A stretch of DNA of 63,831 nucleotides, the filler included, from Lenisia limosa (taxonomy: Eukaryota > Protista > Breviatea), in the NCBI GenBank assembly GCA_001655205.1. It is 15 parts of 15 records of this genome, joined end to end, with 100 filler letters (N's around TTAATTAATTAA, not from the genome) between each part and the next. Parts side by side here need not be neighbours in the genome. Positions count along the whole stretch, not along the records: positions 10,334 to 22,878 come from LPNZ01010185.1; 14 more parts are not named here. One strand, given 5' to 3'. The translations under genes were made by a program, and so were the position numbers. Shown here in pieces: positions 10,483 through 22,978 of the stretch (its first letter is position 1; every line of letters begins with the position of its first letter). Under the pieces are notes generated by a model that did not search any database, was not told the origin of the DNA, and was given only the letters and a program-made list of their open reading frames with translations.

Positions 10483-13400
10483 CATCCCATTACTCACACT
10501 CCAGACGAGCCTCCCCGAGCCTATTTTGCCGCTGATCGCGACGCACATTATTGATAATGTTATGTCAACGGATGTGGTGCGCGGGGGGGGGGGGTCATTT
10601 GCAAACCACACAANNNNNNNNNNNNNNNNNNNNNNNNNNNNNNNNNNNNNNNNNNNNNNNNNNNNNNNNNNNNNNNNNNNNNNNNNNNNNNNNNNNNNNN
10701 NNNNNNNNNNNNNNNNNNNNNNNNNNNNNNNNNNNNNNNNNNNNNNNNNNNNNNNNNNNNNNNNNNNNNNNNNNNNNNNNNNNNNNNNNNNNNNNNNNNN
10801 NNNNNNNNNNNNNNNNNNNNNNNNNNNNNNGCTGTTGTGATAAGGACCTAGCCAAGGGCCACATGAACATATTTGAAACTGTTGGGAGGGGGGTATGCAT
10901 ACAGTGATCAGGATAAGTCTTGATCTATTTTCCTTTGGAAATCAGATGTGAATGTAAATGTCATATATTATATCATACAGTATACTTTTATATGTACATA
11001 TTGATATGTATATGACATGAAGCATAAATATATATATCATATATTATATTCATATAGCTATGTAGGATGAAATATCATACATATATTATAGTAGTATTAT
11101 GGAAAATTAATGAAACGAAATGGGGGTAATAATCCATACTGAAGGATGTCTAACCTGTGAGGGGCTTATTATCAACCTCAGAAGCATCAAAAAAGTTTCT
11201 GACCGCTCTTTAGTGTCTCTCTGAGGACCAAGATGAGCCCGCTCAGGTTGCAGTTCAGGTAAGAGGGAACCTTTTTTTGTGGAAATTTTAAGTTGTAGGC
11301 CTTTTTACTAATGAAGCGCAAAGATAGCTTACCGTAATAGTTTTAAAACACTTAAAAAAAAACCATATTTGGTAGTCTTTACTGAATTAGGCAATGTATG
11401 ATCTTCTAAGCATCTTTGGTCTTGGGATTATCAGTGCCGAAAATGAAGACGAAGATGAGGGTTGGGAGGGAGGGCGTAACTCTTCATTGAGCCCTTTTTA
11501 TATATTATCGTCAAAGTCAATGGTTAATATTGTATGTTTTTTTCTCTCACAAATTTCCGTTTTACATCCGCCACAGAAAAAGTAGGCATTGAAATCCTCA
11601 GTGGTTTACTCGACCTTTTGCGTGACGATGACCCCGTGATTCAACGCATTGCTGCCGCGGGGGCAGCTAAGATGAGTCTTCACAACATCATTACCGTTCC
11701 CATGGTGAGTGGAGGGGTGGATGGAAGTGACTTGTATGATGTGTACAGTGATCGGGATAAGTCTTGACTGATTTTTCTTGTGAAATCGAAAGAATCGAAT
11801 TTGCAGCTTTTCAAATGGATCAAAAACTAATTCAGCAATTTAATTAATCAATAGTCCTAGAATTTGCGCCATTGCGCCTTGGTTAACTACGTGGTTATTT
11901 TAATACAAGACCAAAAAGCCCAAACTGTTGAGAGCCTTAATAGAGTCTTTAATGAGCTTCGAGTGCTCAGAAATCTATCAAGTGTTTCTTGAGATGTGGA
12001 ATAATAGTATTAGTACTTGTCGAAATACATGAAGCGAATACTGTCAGGGTTTGTCTGCCAATAAGGCAGACAGTGTTGCCTGGTGGCCCCAGAGAAGATG
12101 GGATGATAGATTCAATAATAAGTAGAACCAGAAAATAACGATATCTTGAATTTGGATTTGAAAGAAGAACAAGTAGAGTTACTCATCCAATCTTGATTGC
12201 ACTTTTCTTCAAATTTTCCCTTGAGTGGCGAAAGTTGATATCTGTCTTCTAATAAAGTTGCAAAAGTAGTAGTCGGAAATGAGTTTGTTTGAGTTTAAAC
12301 ACGGTAGTATCCACTATTACGCTAATAACAATGGATAATAGTTTACAATATGTTCATCATCGAAATTTTATTGGGTTGAATAGTTTCCGTATTTGTTTTG
12401 TGTTCTTCAAGTTCACCAGTCTTCTTTAAATGATTGGCCTGGAGTGTTTTTTCAAATTAGTTAACAATTGTGTTGATATTATTTAGTTTCTATTATTGTT
12501 TTTTTTTGTTTTTTTTATTGTTTNNNNNNNNNNNNNNNNNNNNNNNNNNNNNNNNNNNNNNNNNNNNNNNNNNNNNNNNNNTTTTCCATTTTCACCCCCT
12601 CACCCAGATCAACTTGCACTTGCTGCGTGCGTATTGGGAGGAGGAAATGGACGAAGAGGTCCTTCAAATCATTTCAACGTTTTTCGATGTGAGGGGTCTA
12701 ACTAACTACATAATGAGTTGCGATGAGAATCCAAATTATCCAGCCCTATGCATACCGATCAATTGGGAATTCCTACCCTCCCCCCCCCCAANNNNNNNNN
12801 NNNNNNNNNNNNNNNNNNNNNNNNNNNNNNNNNNNNNNNNNNNNNNNNNNNNNNNNNNNNNNNNNNNNNNNNNNNNNNNNNNNNNNNNNNNNNNNNNNNN
12901 AACAGAATTTTGGGCTTCTTTTTTGTTTCATAAACTTTTCATTTTTAACGCGAATATTCTTCATCGAAATTTCCTTCGTTACACCCCCCCCCCCCTAGGC
13001 CTACGCAATGGATCGAACTCAGCGCCAGCTCTTAATGGCAGCTTCTCCCGTCTTCCTGCTAGAGAGGGAAATCAGAAGCAAGGTGGAGGGGGGGTGGGGG
13101 TGAGTTAGGAGTACTTGGGAAGGAATAAGCGAACAAATGGGAGGAGGGGGAGTAAAACGAAGGAAATTACAATGAAGAGTAAAAGTACTAATCACGAACC
13201 GAATAATCTGAAACTCCAAACAAACAAACACGAGACCAAAGCTAAAACTAGATAGAAGCCAGATGAAAATTACGCAAAACAAAAGCAGTGGGGGAGGGGG
13301 GGATTAACAATATACTGTATGTACAGTATATATTTTAACAATGGAAGAGTTAAAGAAAGATAAAGGGAAAGAGAAGAAAGAAGATGGGTGGTATCCCCTT

Positions 13401-16400
13401 AAAGGAGGTATATATGATAGTAAGTTAGTATTAAGGAGCGGGATAGTATTAATAATATACGACTTTGCCTCAATAAAAGGTGTTAAATGAGGATAAATAA
13501 ACTAAATAAACTAAATAGGCTAAATAAACTTATTTTGGGGGATTTATGAATTTTTATATCGAAATAGTTTCCAACCCTCAGCGGCCAAGAACCGGATATC
13601 GTAGGAGTAGTTTCAGAGTAATTACAGTCATCCGTCTTCCTGCTGGAGAGCGATATTGAAATATTGTGGAAGATGGGGCTAATTAGGAAGGTGTACTTAC
13701 CATATTAGGAAGGTTTACGTGTGTTCAAATGGCTACTTGGATTGGCCCAGAGCCCCACTCCTGCTGACCAGAAAAACCGTGAGACTCAAAGTTNNNNNNN
13801 NNNNNNNNNNNNNNNNNNNNNNNNNNNNNNNNNNNNNNNNNNNNNNNNNNNNNNNNNNNNNNNNGAACGTGGCGCTTCTGACCTTAACAAGGTCCTTGGC
13901 CTTGACCATCAAGGGCTTCCCGTCCTTCATCTCGCCCATGTCCAAGGTGCGCTCATTTGGTGCTGATCTAGTCACTATGACAAATGGTAATTTGTTAAAG
14001 TCGGGGGCACATATTTGATTGAAAAATCCATACACTTTGTTTGTGACCATCTTGAATTAGTCTCCTTAAAGATACTTGGCATATGTTGGTCCGGGATAGA
14101 TTGAATCATTGAGAAAAGAAATACAATATTCAATTTTTCAGGCTTATGATTTATCCCCCCAAAAGGCAATTATTTTCCCTTATTATCTACTGGCCTGGGC
14201 TTTGTTTGTTTTGTTATTTTTAACCCTCTTGTGTTATCAGCCAACAGAATTGATTTGGGCTTTTTTTTGTTTCATAAATTGTCTAACCCCCCTCCCCCCC
14301 AGCTCTGCCCCTCCCTCNNNNNNNNNNNNNNNNNNNNNNNNNNNNNNNNNNNNNNNNNNNNNNNNNNNNNNNNNNNNNNNNNNNNNNNNNNNNNNNNNNN
14401 NNNNNNNNNNNNTTCCGGAACTACCAAATTGAAGACGTGGGGGGGGGGTGAAATTAGTTAATTTATGAAACTAAAAAAAGCAATGATGAAGATAAATCAT
14501 CATTATATCTTCTTCAATTGGAGAGGAGTGAAATTGGAGGTAAACAGCATGATAGGGATAAAAGAACGATAAGGGGGTAGGTAGGAAATGTGTGATTAGT
14601 GTGGCTATTGAGAGAGGGGTTGGTGATACTAGCTAGCATGGGGGGTAAAGGCGTAAGCGAATGCAAGGAGAGGATTGGGGGTTCACAGTAGTACATTTTT
14701 GCAGATCAGATGGGATGAACAGGTCAAGCTTCTCCTGGTTATTTGCAAATGTTACTCTCTTTAGGGCTCAAAAGGCACTCAAAGACCTCTCCAATCGCCT
14801 TCAGGTTGGGGGTGTTTTCGGGTGATTTGCACCGCATTATCCCCTCCTCCTTCAGATTATTTGGTTCGTGATTAGTACGTTTACGCCAACATTCTTCATC
14901 GAAATTCCTTCGTTTTACCCCCTTCAATATCCTTCTCATCATCAATCATACAAGCTTTATTGCAAAAACGAATCATTTTCCGATTTACTATGGGGGAAAA
15001 AAGTAACCATGTTCAGAAGTACTGTGATACATTCGAAGACATGGTGAAGGAGAAGGAGGAAGAAAGGAAGAAGGAACGTGAAGAGAGGAAGAACAGGCCA
15101 AATGAAAAAAAGATCGCATTGGCAAGACAGGAGGCAGCGTTAAAGGAACTTGAAGATGCTATGAAGGGGTTGAAGAAGGGTGATGAGGGGGAGAAAGATG
15201 AAGAGAAAGAAGAGACAGAAGAAAAGAAAGAAGTGGAGAAGGAGGAGAAAGGTAAAGAGAAAGATGAAAAGAAAGAAAAGAAAGAAGAAGAGATAGAAGA
15301 GAAGGAAGAAGAAAAGAAGGAAGAAGAAAAGGAAGAGAAGGAAGAAGAAAAGAAGGAAGAAGAAAAGGAAGAGAAGGAAGAAGAAAAGAAAGAAGAGAGG
15401 GAAGAAAAGGAAGAAGAAGAAGATGATGAGGATTCCATTCCCGTTTTGAAAATGGATGACTTAGACTCATACGAGTTAACTGAAGTAAGAAAGAGGTACT
15501 AATAATACTGCACATTATTATCAACTCTCTTGTTTTTCAAGCCAGCAAGTTGATTTTGGCAATTTTGTCATTATTTTTCCAATGTTTCACCCCTCTCCCC
15601 CTCAGAATGAAATCGGCTCTGTCAAGCTTCATGGAGACGTGCTATTATCAGAGAAGAACCGAGAGAAGGAGCACGAAAAAGCCGTGAAAAAGCAGGCCAA
15701 AAAGGAGGCTAAGGAGAAGGCTGCAAGGAAGACCAAAGGCAAGCCAATTAAGAAGCCCCCGCAAAAGGTGGCGAAGAAGGTTGGAGGAAGGGTGGTTGCA
15801 CACTATGTTTTGTTGTGATTTTGGGCTTTTTTTGTTACAGAAATTTTCCCGCTGTACCCAAATGGAAAAACATGTATGTTTGTTAAAGCTGTGTATTTGA
15901 CCATGTTATAAGTTCTTAGTATTTCGATACAAGTTGTGGAAGGAAGGCAGACGAGGGAGTTGTGAAAGGAAGGCAGAGGAGAGTGTTGTGAAAGGAAGGC
16001 AGATTAGAGAGTTGTGAAAGGAATGGAGATATGACCCAGTCTAAACATGGCATACACTTATCGATTCGAATAGGCACCAATCCAAGATATTTTTTTTAAA
16101 TTGTTTACATATGAAATTATTTGTATTGTTTTGTTTTAATAGTAGCTTATTTGTTTCATTTGTTTATTGTTTAGATTTATATATACTATATATATTGTTT
16201 GTTTTATAATTGATTTCAGGGCGAGGAAGGCTCCAAAGAGCCAGTCGGCGAAACTGAACCGGAAGAGGTGAGTCATCAGCTGGACTGAAACGGGGCTTTA
16301 TTTGGGTTTTTTCCCTTGATGATGTGTTCGACCTGATCCGATATACAATATATCATAGACGGCTATGGCCAATTGCAATCAATATCCCTAATATATATTC

Positions 16401-16601
16401 ACCCGCATAACCTCACACCCCTTCAAACGTGACAACAAGCCAACTCTTTAGAACAAGAAAATCGACTGATGATGATGTTGTTGATTCACGCTTTAGGACA
16501 AGGAAATAGACATTAACAGCGATGATGACGATGCTGACTTCATTGACCCCGAGACCCCGTCTAAACCCCTTCGTCCCGTTGTGCATCGCCAAGCTGTGTA
16601 G
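10483..16601 (+). CDS. NCAPG: Condensin complex subunit CAP-G (Cnd3/Ycg1), C-terminal portion with an E/K-rich tail
   Basis: Exons give ...CCDKDLAKGHMNIFET|CLSEDQDEPAQVAVQ...GLLDLLRDDDPVIQRIAAAGAAKMSLHNIITVPM|INLHLLRAYWEEEMDEEVLQIISTFFD|AYAMDRTQRQLL. From recall this is collinear with the CAP-G C-terminal HEAT region (AxEGxxKL...LxxxW...xxLxxFF). Phase-consistent continuation through RAQKALKDLSNRLQ|KYCDTFEDMVKE, the E/K exon to 15485, NEIGS..., GEEGSKEP..., DKEIDINSDD...RQAV*. 5' part missing. Confidence 0.72.
10900..10945 (+). mobile_element. Tc1/mariner-like MITE terminus (family E): TA|CAGTGAYCRGGATAAGTCTTGA; also 11744-11790 and 60934-61040
   Basis: CAGTG terminus next to TA in four places (10900, 11744, 60992-60998, 61034-61040); inverted ggataagtcttgacc / ggtcaagacttatcc at 60937-61029. 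Confidence 0.7.
12901..12998 (+). repeat. Stacked family A end plus family B repeat ending at an acceptor
   Basis: aacagaattttgggc..tttcataaactttt then aacgcgaatattcttcatcgaaatttccttcgttacacccccccccccctag|. Confidence 0.8.
13141..13221 (-). repeat. Family B repeat inverted at the 5' (donor) end of a plus-strand intron
   Basis: gggagtaaaacgaaggaaatt...gtactaatcacgaaccgaataatctgaaactccaaac, about 60 nt after the donor gtggagggggg at 13083. Confidence 0.8.
14187..14302 (+). repeat. Family A repeat at an acceptor
   Basis: ctactggcctgggctttg...tcagccaacagaattgatttgggc...tttcataaattgtctaacccccctccccccccag|. Confidence 0.85.
14437..14481 (-). repeat. Family A 3' end inverted directly at a donor; same arrangement at 40147-40200
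   Basis: |gtgggggggggggtgaaattagttaatttatgaaactaaaaaaagc is the reverse complement of the A tail. Confidence 0.7.
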
Positions 16602-17809
16602 ATCGGCCTCATCTACATTTGTCTCTTTTATCTTTTTATTTATCATTTCGTTTTTTTTCAGTCGCGTGAGGGGAGGAGGCTACTGAATCTCTCAATATTT
16701 AAAGGAGTAACCCGGAGGAAAATGATAGATTTATTTTCTTGAATCTATATTAAATCGGTAAATTGAACACCAACACTTCAAAACTGGGGGGGGGGGTAAA
16801 TTGGGGTGTATGTTGTACCATCTTCACTCAGATTAATTGGATCTTTACATTTCAGGTCTGACAACACTCAAACCAAAAGAGCCCGAGGAGAACTGTAACA
16901 CCATTGTTGATGACTATGATAACAATATTCTGTCTTTGTAGTTATGTTTTTTGCGTATTCGAACAAATATACCTTGACATTTTATCGTTCTATTTGCATA
17001 TAATTAAATGGATTTTTATTAATTTTCAAAAATGCAGTCACAGTCATGTTACAGGTCCCAGTTGTGCACTCCCCTAAGTAAACGAGGAGCTACATTGAAT
17101 CATGCAGTAAAAGGTCCGTATTCCTGCTTGAGGCAAGTGATCGATGTTCCTGTACTGTTCGAAAGCACACACCATTGTATTAACTCGTGGAACAAGGTTC
17201 ATCAAGCTCTAACTGCGCAATTTGGCTACGTTTGAACCTAATCCAGAGAAAAATCCTTACACTCCGAGGTTTCTCAGGTTTTAGCGGCCTGCTTTGGTCA
17301 TTTTATTATACAATCCCATCCACATCACCACAAACAGACCGCCGTCTCTTTAACACATTGGAAACTCATAATAATATTCTTTGTCGTCGAAACAAAAATT
17401 AGCTAAATAGAACTTGGAAGCTAGGAAAGAGAGGGGATGGATTGGGAGAGGGATGATGCTGAGGATGAGGATGAGGATTATATGTTGGTTTTATGGGACG
17501 TGGACCATGACGTGGACGGACAATGCTGACAGTAGAAGGGCAGCAGGATAGTAGGATAGTAGTATCAACCCGCTCGAGTCAAACTAAAAGAAAGAGTGCT
17601 CCGCTCGGCTCGGCACTCCTTTTTCTTCGTTTCTTTTCCCCTTTCTCATCTTCCTTTCACTTATTGGTTACTTGCAGGTTACTTGAATATAGTTATGTAT
17701 ATATTTTGATGCATCTTGGTTTTAATTGAAGTACCCGGGATAAAGGTGAGCTCCAATCGCTTTTGTTGCCAGCCAATTCCCACGCCTCCTCTTTATGTTC
17801 ATCTCCCAG

Positions 17810-20533
17810 CTTAAACGTCAACGCAACGTCACATTCTTTGCGACGGAAACAGTGGGGTCAAGCAAAGGAGCCAAACATCTCAGGAAATATTGGTACGTAA
17901 TCAATGTCAACCCTCAACGTTTTTCAACGTTTTTCAACACATCTTTTGAAATAAACCATTATTTTGGAGTATCTGGTTGAAAACCGTTCACCTCATTGTG
18001 TTAAGAGACATTGATGATAGTATCATGTTAATTCACCTATTTCCCCAACTCCGTGCACACAGCTTTCAGTGTACTTCCCCGTTTTTTTTTTTTTTTTNNN
18101 NNNNNNNNNNNNNNNNNNNNNNNNNNNNNNNNNNNNNNNNNNNNNNNNNNNNNNNNNNNNNNNNNNNNNNNNNNNNNNNNNNNNNNNNNNNNNNNNNNNN
18201 NNNNNNNNNNNNNNNNNNNNTCCAAGTTCATAATGTGTTGTAAAGCTAAAACAGTATTGTCTTGTTTTTGCGCGCTATTGAATATGTCATTCTGGGGGGG
18301 AGGGGTGATTCAACTTTGTAACGAGCTTAACTTAATCCATACTTATCTCCATTCTCATTTTTACTTCTGCTTCGCGTTTTCTGTTTCGTCCCAATGATGA
18401 CTTTCTCTGCCATTCCCCTACACTTCAACACCTTCATCCTGATCAAAGACCCTTCCCTCCCCATCGCAGCCCATCAAGTATAATCCCAAGCCTCCATCAA
18501 TACCCGCAATATAACACTCTAGCCAACAGAGTTGATTTTGGTGACGTCAATTCCCAATTTTATATCTATTTGGCTTTTGTTTTGTTTAATACACATTCCA
18601 ATTTCACACCTCAGGCTCCGTAAATGCCCTACCCAAAGAAGCAGGTGTCAGCAGTAATAAAGGGGCATGCCCCTGAGCTGACGTTTTCTAATCAAGCTTC
18701 CTCTTTGGTGGGCGGGGGTATTTTTACTATTTTATGGAGGGGTATTTGGTGGTGGGATAAGTCCATTTAGACATCTGGTTTATATAGGTTGGGCTTCACT
18801 TCGGTTTGAAAAGTCCAGAAAGATCTCGATAGTTTTAGATCTTTCTAGACTTTTTCAAACCGAAGTGAAGCTAGATTTTAGAGGCTTTTTCAAGAAATCA
18901 GTCTTTTTTCGAACCGAAGTGAAACTATATATAGGGCTTCCCTACGATCCCAAAAAAGACTGAATTACTCGATAAATCCTCGATAAATATCGATATTTCG
19001 GACCGCAAGAGGCCCTAAGAATATAACACCCCAGGTCCATTTATACATCAAAACCTTCTGGCGTGACGTGGCACAAGAGGCCAACCTTCTCACTGATGCC
19101 GCCCACGGCCCGGCCTATCCAAGGTGGGATATATGAGGGTATTATGTAGCGGATACATGGGGGGTATTGTTGGTTATTGGGAATAGCCACATTAAAGCAG
19201 AGTTTCGAATGTGAAAGTTGTCTTGGATATCCGAAGCACGCTATTCTTTTCGCGAATTGACAATCACTGCAAATAATGGTGTATATTGAGGACACTAGTG
19301 ACTGTATTTTTGGTATTTGCACAAGACTTTCAGAGGTTCATTTTGTCCTGGAAAATGGATAAGTTTTTCAACGTAGGAACCAATCAGCACTACATTCAGC
19401 TCCCCTATCTCTCTCTAAAAGATACAACAGCCTCTATCGTGTATGTATAAACTGCACTATGACCTTTTGATGGAAAGCTCTGATGAACTGACAGTTTTAA
19501 ATAGGAAAGCTGTCTGAAGCATTGCGCGTCATAATGAACTTGATTTACGCCACTTTTGCCTCTTTGCTCTTTTCTCAAAATCGACTTAAGAGTCATTATT
19601 GAGTTATTATCAATACATATTGATTAACATTCATAAATCGCTCTAAGGAAGGCCTATTCTTCGATTATTCATCTGTTATCCGAGACAACTTCCCATTTGA
19701 AACCCTGCTTTAATAGCCATATTATTAGTCACACTGCAGGGTATCACGGGTGCACTTTCGTGAGGCAGCCGAGACCGTGCTGAAACGCTATAAGGACAGA
19801 GGCGACTCTGCCCTCGATGAACTCACCGCCGCCATACCAGGTGGGGGGGGCGGTAATGACAGTGATGATGATGGTGATGATGATGGTGATGGTGGTGATG
19901 GCGGTAATGATGATGGTAACGATGGGGGTAATGATGATGATGATGATGATGATGGTGGTGATGATGGTGATGATGATGGGTGATGATGGTGGTGATGGTG
20001 ATGGTGATGATGATATTGATGATGGTGATGATGATAATGATGATGATGGTGATGGTGATGGTGGTAATGATGATGGTGATGATGATGGTGGTGATAATGG
20101 TGGTGTTGGTGGTGATTGTGGTGATGGCGATGGCGTATTTGGTAGTGGGAAGTGGTTCTGCAAGGATTTTCTGATAGAAATTCCAACCTCATGTTTCACA
20201 GATTCTTTCATATAATGAAGAGTGGATAAAGGCCTCTTCGGCTCATAAAATGGGATGAATTATTTAGAGCGTCGGTTGGATAAAACAAAGGACGAAAATT
20301 AAGGCCAATTATTGCAACTGCAATTCACAAATACTTCCTCATGATTAGACAACCCCCCATGTTTCTTGATCTATGATCTAACTCTTTCAGCCCCAGCAGT
20401 GGAAGACGAAAGCGATTCAGAGTCGGAAGGCTCGGCGTCGGAATCGGAAGGAGTAAGTACTGATAACGCCACTTCCGCTTCCGACGATTCCGATGAGGAA
20501 ATGTGGGAGGGGGCATTTGTAAGGAAGGAGTGA
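17810..20533 (+). CDS. Multi-exon hypothetical protein with an acidic Ser-rich C-terminus (the exons may belong to more than one gene)
   Basis: Exons LKRQRNVTFFATETVGSSKGAKHLRKYW, VHLYIKTFWRDVAQEANLLTDAAHGPAYP, VSRVHFREAAETVLKRYKDRGDSALDELTAAIP|APAVEDESDSESEGSASESE...FVRKE*. Confidence 0.45.
18791..18873. mobile_element. Family C MITE variant forming a near-perfect hairpin of about 34 bp; further copies follow to about 19018
   Basis: gcttcacttcggtttgaaaagtccagaaagatct - 10-nt loop - agatctttctagactttttcaaaccgaagtgaagc. Confidence 0.8.
19852..20135. repeat. Intronic (GAT/GGT)n microsatellite; similar tracts at 52340-52510 and 60497-60572
   Basis: Begins just after the donor gtgggggggg at 19841. 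Confidence 0.9.
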
Positions 20534-21186
20534 TGGGAATTTCTCGATAAATTCTTGATACTTTTCAAGGCTTTTTTAGACGGAAGTGAAATCATAATCA
20601 GTCTCTTCAAAATATTTCTTTCACAACTAGGGCTTCACTTCGGTTCGACAAAAGGCTGAATTTCTCATTAAATCCTCGAAACTATCAATATTTTCCAAGT
20701 TTTTCTGAGCCGAAGTGAAGCCCAACCACTTCAACTTTCTCTCACAATGCAGATAACCGAATGTTCGGTGGTTGCAGCGTGTGGCTGTGTTGTGCTGTGT
20801 AACGTAGTTCTTGTACAATATTTTCTTCTTTGTACAAATCAAATGGATTTTCTTGTCAATGTCGTAAAAAGAAAACTGTGAAACTGAAGTCATCCCATAC
20901 ATTGTCTTTGAGTTTCTTTCTCTGAGGAACTCAGTAAAATGAGATATCTTCATAGTCGTCATTTTACGAAAAAAACCATAGACAAAACACATACAATTCA
21001 CCTATCACCAGTTGCAACATTATATCATATATTATCTAATACATGTTTATACACGATAGTGCGTACAAGGGTATCTGGCCCGAGCGTACAAGATATAGTA
21101 GAATTACTTCACCCAATAATTTGCCTTACAACATTATATCATAGTAAACATCAACCTAACCGTAAAAACCATAAAAAAAGAAACGC

Positions 21187-22633
21187 TTAGAAAAGCTTCG
21201 AAAGAATTTCGATAGTATCCGAGGGTCCAGTGACAGTGTGTCCGATGGTTTTCTCAGATTCGAAGATCTCGTGATCGTTGCCACCCTGGAATGTCAGAAA
21301 TAATAAAAAAAGACCAATTTTTACAACAGGAGATGCTTTCCAAAAAATGTCAGAAATGGATGAGAAATGGCAAAAAAGAATGTCAGAAATCCCATGCTAT
21401 TATATCAGTCGGCTTCACTGATACTCTGGGGGGGGGGGGGGCANNNNNNNNNNNNNNNNNNNNNNNNNNNNNNNNNNNNNNNNNNNNNNNNNNNNNNNNN
21501 NNNNNNNNNNNNNNNNNATTTGTTTCCCTAGATTTCTTGAAAAAAAGACTGAATTTCTCGATAAAAAATATCGATATTTTCCACTCTTTTTTTCGGATAG
21601 GAGGGAGCAATGAACTAATAGCTGCCTCCACCCTCTGTACCCCCCACCTTGTAGGTCTTATCTCCAAAGAAGTGGACGGTTTTGATCTCCTGATCTAGGT
21701 GCTGCAGGCAGTAAGTCTTGTCCCATCTAAATTGGTCAGGCCAGATCGGGTGCTTATATCTTTTTCACAAACTATCCCACACTTTGGTGTTTAGGATTCT
21801 TTTATGTTTGCATGTGTCAATGGACAAGCTGTTTTTATTCACCTGTAGAACCTTTCCTTCCTATGTCCGTGCCAAATGCTACTCGGGGATCCCAACTCCA
21901 ACAAAGATACTCGTGGAGTTTGATGAAATTAAATATAGGGATTCCCGTGTAGCATTTGATTTGGAGAATTTTTTACATTCTCCAAGTCCAAAAGACCGAA
22001 TTTATCGATAGTTTCAGGATCTTTTTTGGACCAAAAGAAAGCACAAGATGTCCAATATAATAATAATCTTTGCATAACTGTACACTATGGTATAAGACCC
22101 AACCAACCCAATGGGGAAAACATCGAATGAGATCTGACCACCAATAGAGAACTGCAGTCCTAAAATCGTAAACACTCTCCAATTCTGAGTAAAAAAAGAC
22201 TGAATTTGTCGACAAATCCTTGAAAAATATCCACTATATTTATTTGGTCTTTTCAGAATTTTCAAGCCATGCATACCCCATTCTCCAAATTCTTCCTGGA
22301 GGGCGGCAACCATAGCGGGACGAACCTTGGCTTCCTTATAGGGTAAGTGATTGTTCCAAATAAGTAAAGTTTGGTTGAAAATAGTAATCAACGTGAACTG
22401 ACATAACGTCGATACAATGCAAAGGTTGATCAATCTGGACAGTCCGGTTGTGCCATATTCTTCAACAGTAGAATGCGTCACCCTCCACCCCCCACACCTT
22501 CATAAAATCAAAATCCCCTCCCCCCACGAAATCGAACTTCTCGAAGTCGCAGCGTTCTTGTTGACTACAGTTACGGCCGATGGGAGAAACGTTAAGCATT
22601 CCATTACGGAACTCAATGAACGTTCCCCTGGAG
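21187..22633 (-). CDS. PMM: Phosphomannomutase (eukaryotic HAD-type), C-terminal 5 exons; the 5' end lies beyond the contig edge
   Basis: [45 protein letters not shown]|[17 protein letters not shown]|[27 protein letters not shown]|[32 protein letters not shown]. Confidence 0.96.
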
Positions 22634-22978
22634 CTGTGAGTACTAGGACTCCGTGCAAGTATTTGTTTTTGAGGAAATAATTGATAAAATATTTATTAAA
22701 CTGTCTGAAAATTTTCAAAAATATAAAGTAAATGCTCAATTACGTGTTTTCAGACATATATAGCAATGAGAATAAAAATAAAGATGTATCTGGCCAAAGC
22801 CGTCCGCACCATCACGCTTACAAGAGATATTGGATTATAGTATATTTTATATAATATGCATATCATATGTAGTTTGCANNNNNNNNNNNNNNNNNNNNNN
22901 NNNNNNNNNNNNNNNNNNNNNNTTAATTAATTAANNNNNNNNNNNNNNNNNNNNNNNNNNNNNNNNNNNNNNNNNNNN

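Noticed and set aside
13628-13708. Extra exon (SSVFLLESDIEILWK) plus an 18-nt intron gtgtacttaccatattag
   Set aside because: A single intron 13083-13708 keeps the frame without it, and cttaccatattagg is part of a small dispersed repeat (24248-24310, 63750-63770). RNA-seq could revive it.
13733-14050. Minus-strand ORF (...ERTLDMGEMKDGKPLMVKAKDL...), loosely RhoGDI-like
   Set aside because: Splice-site polarity and flanking repeats support plus-strand CAP-G exons here; no minus-strand exon chain could be built.
15013-15524. Ser/Phe- and Leu/Pro-rich minus-strand ORFs
   Set aside because: Antisense of the GAA/AAG-rich E/K exon.
19038-19260. Resemblance to the Rpb9-type DPTLPR plus zinc ribbon
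   Set aside because: Too few matching residues, the frame is ambiguous, and no N-terminal zinc ribbon was found.
19744-20215. Poly-His, poly-Met/Val and poly-Asp ORFs (also 52143-52572 and 60327-60569)
   Set aside because: Stop-free frames of intronic (GAT/GGT)n microsatellites.
22400-22481. [13 protein letters not shown] resembling a PMM helix
   Set aside because: It lies downstream of the exon it should precede and inside an intron; probably chance.
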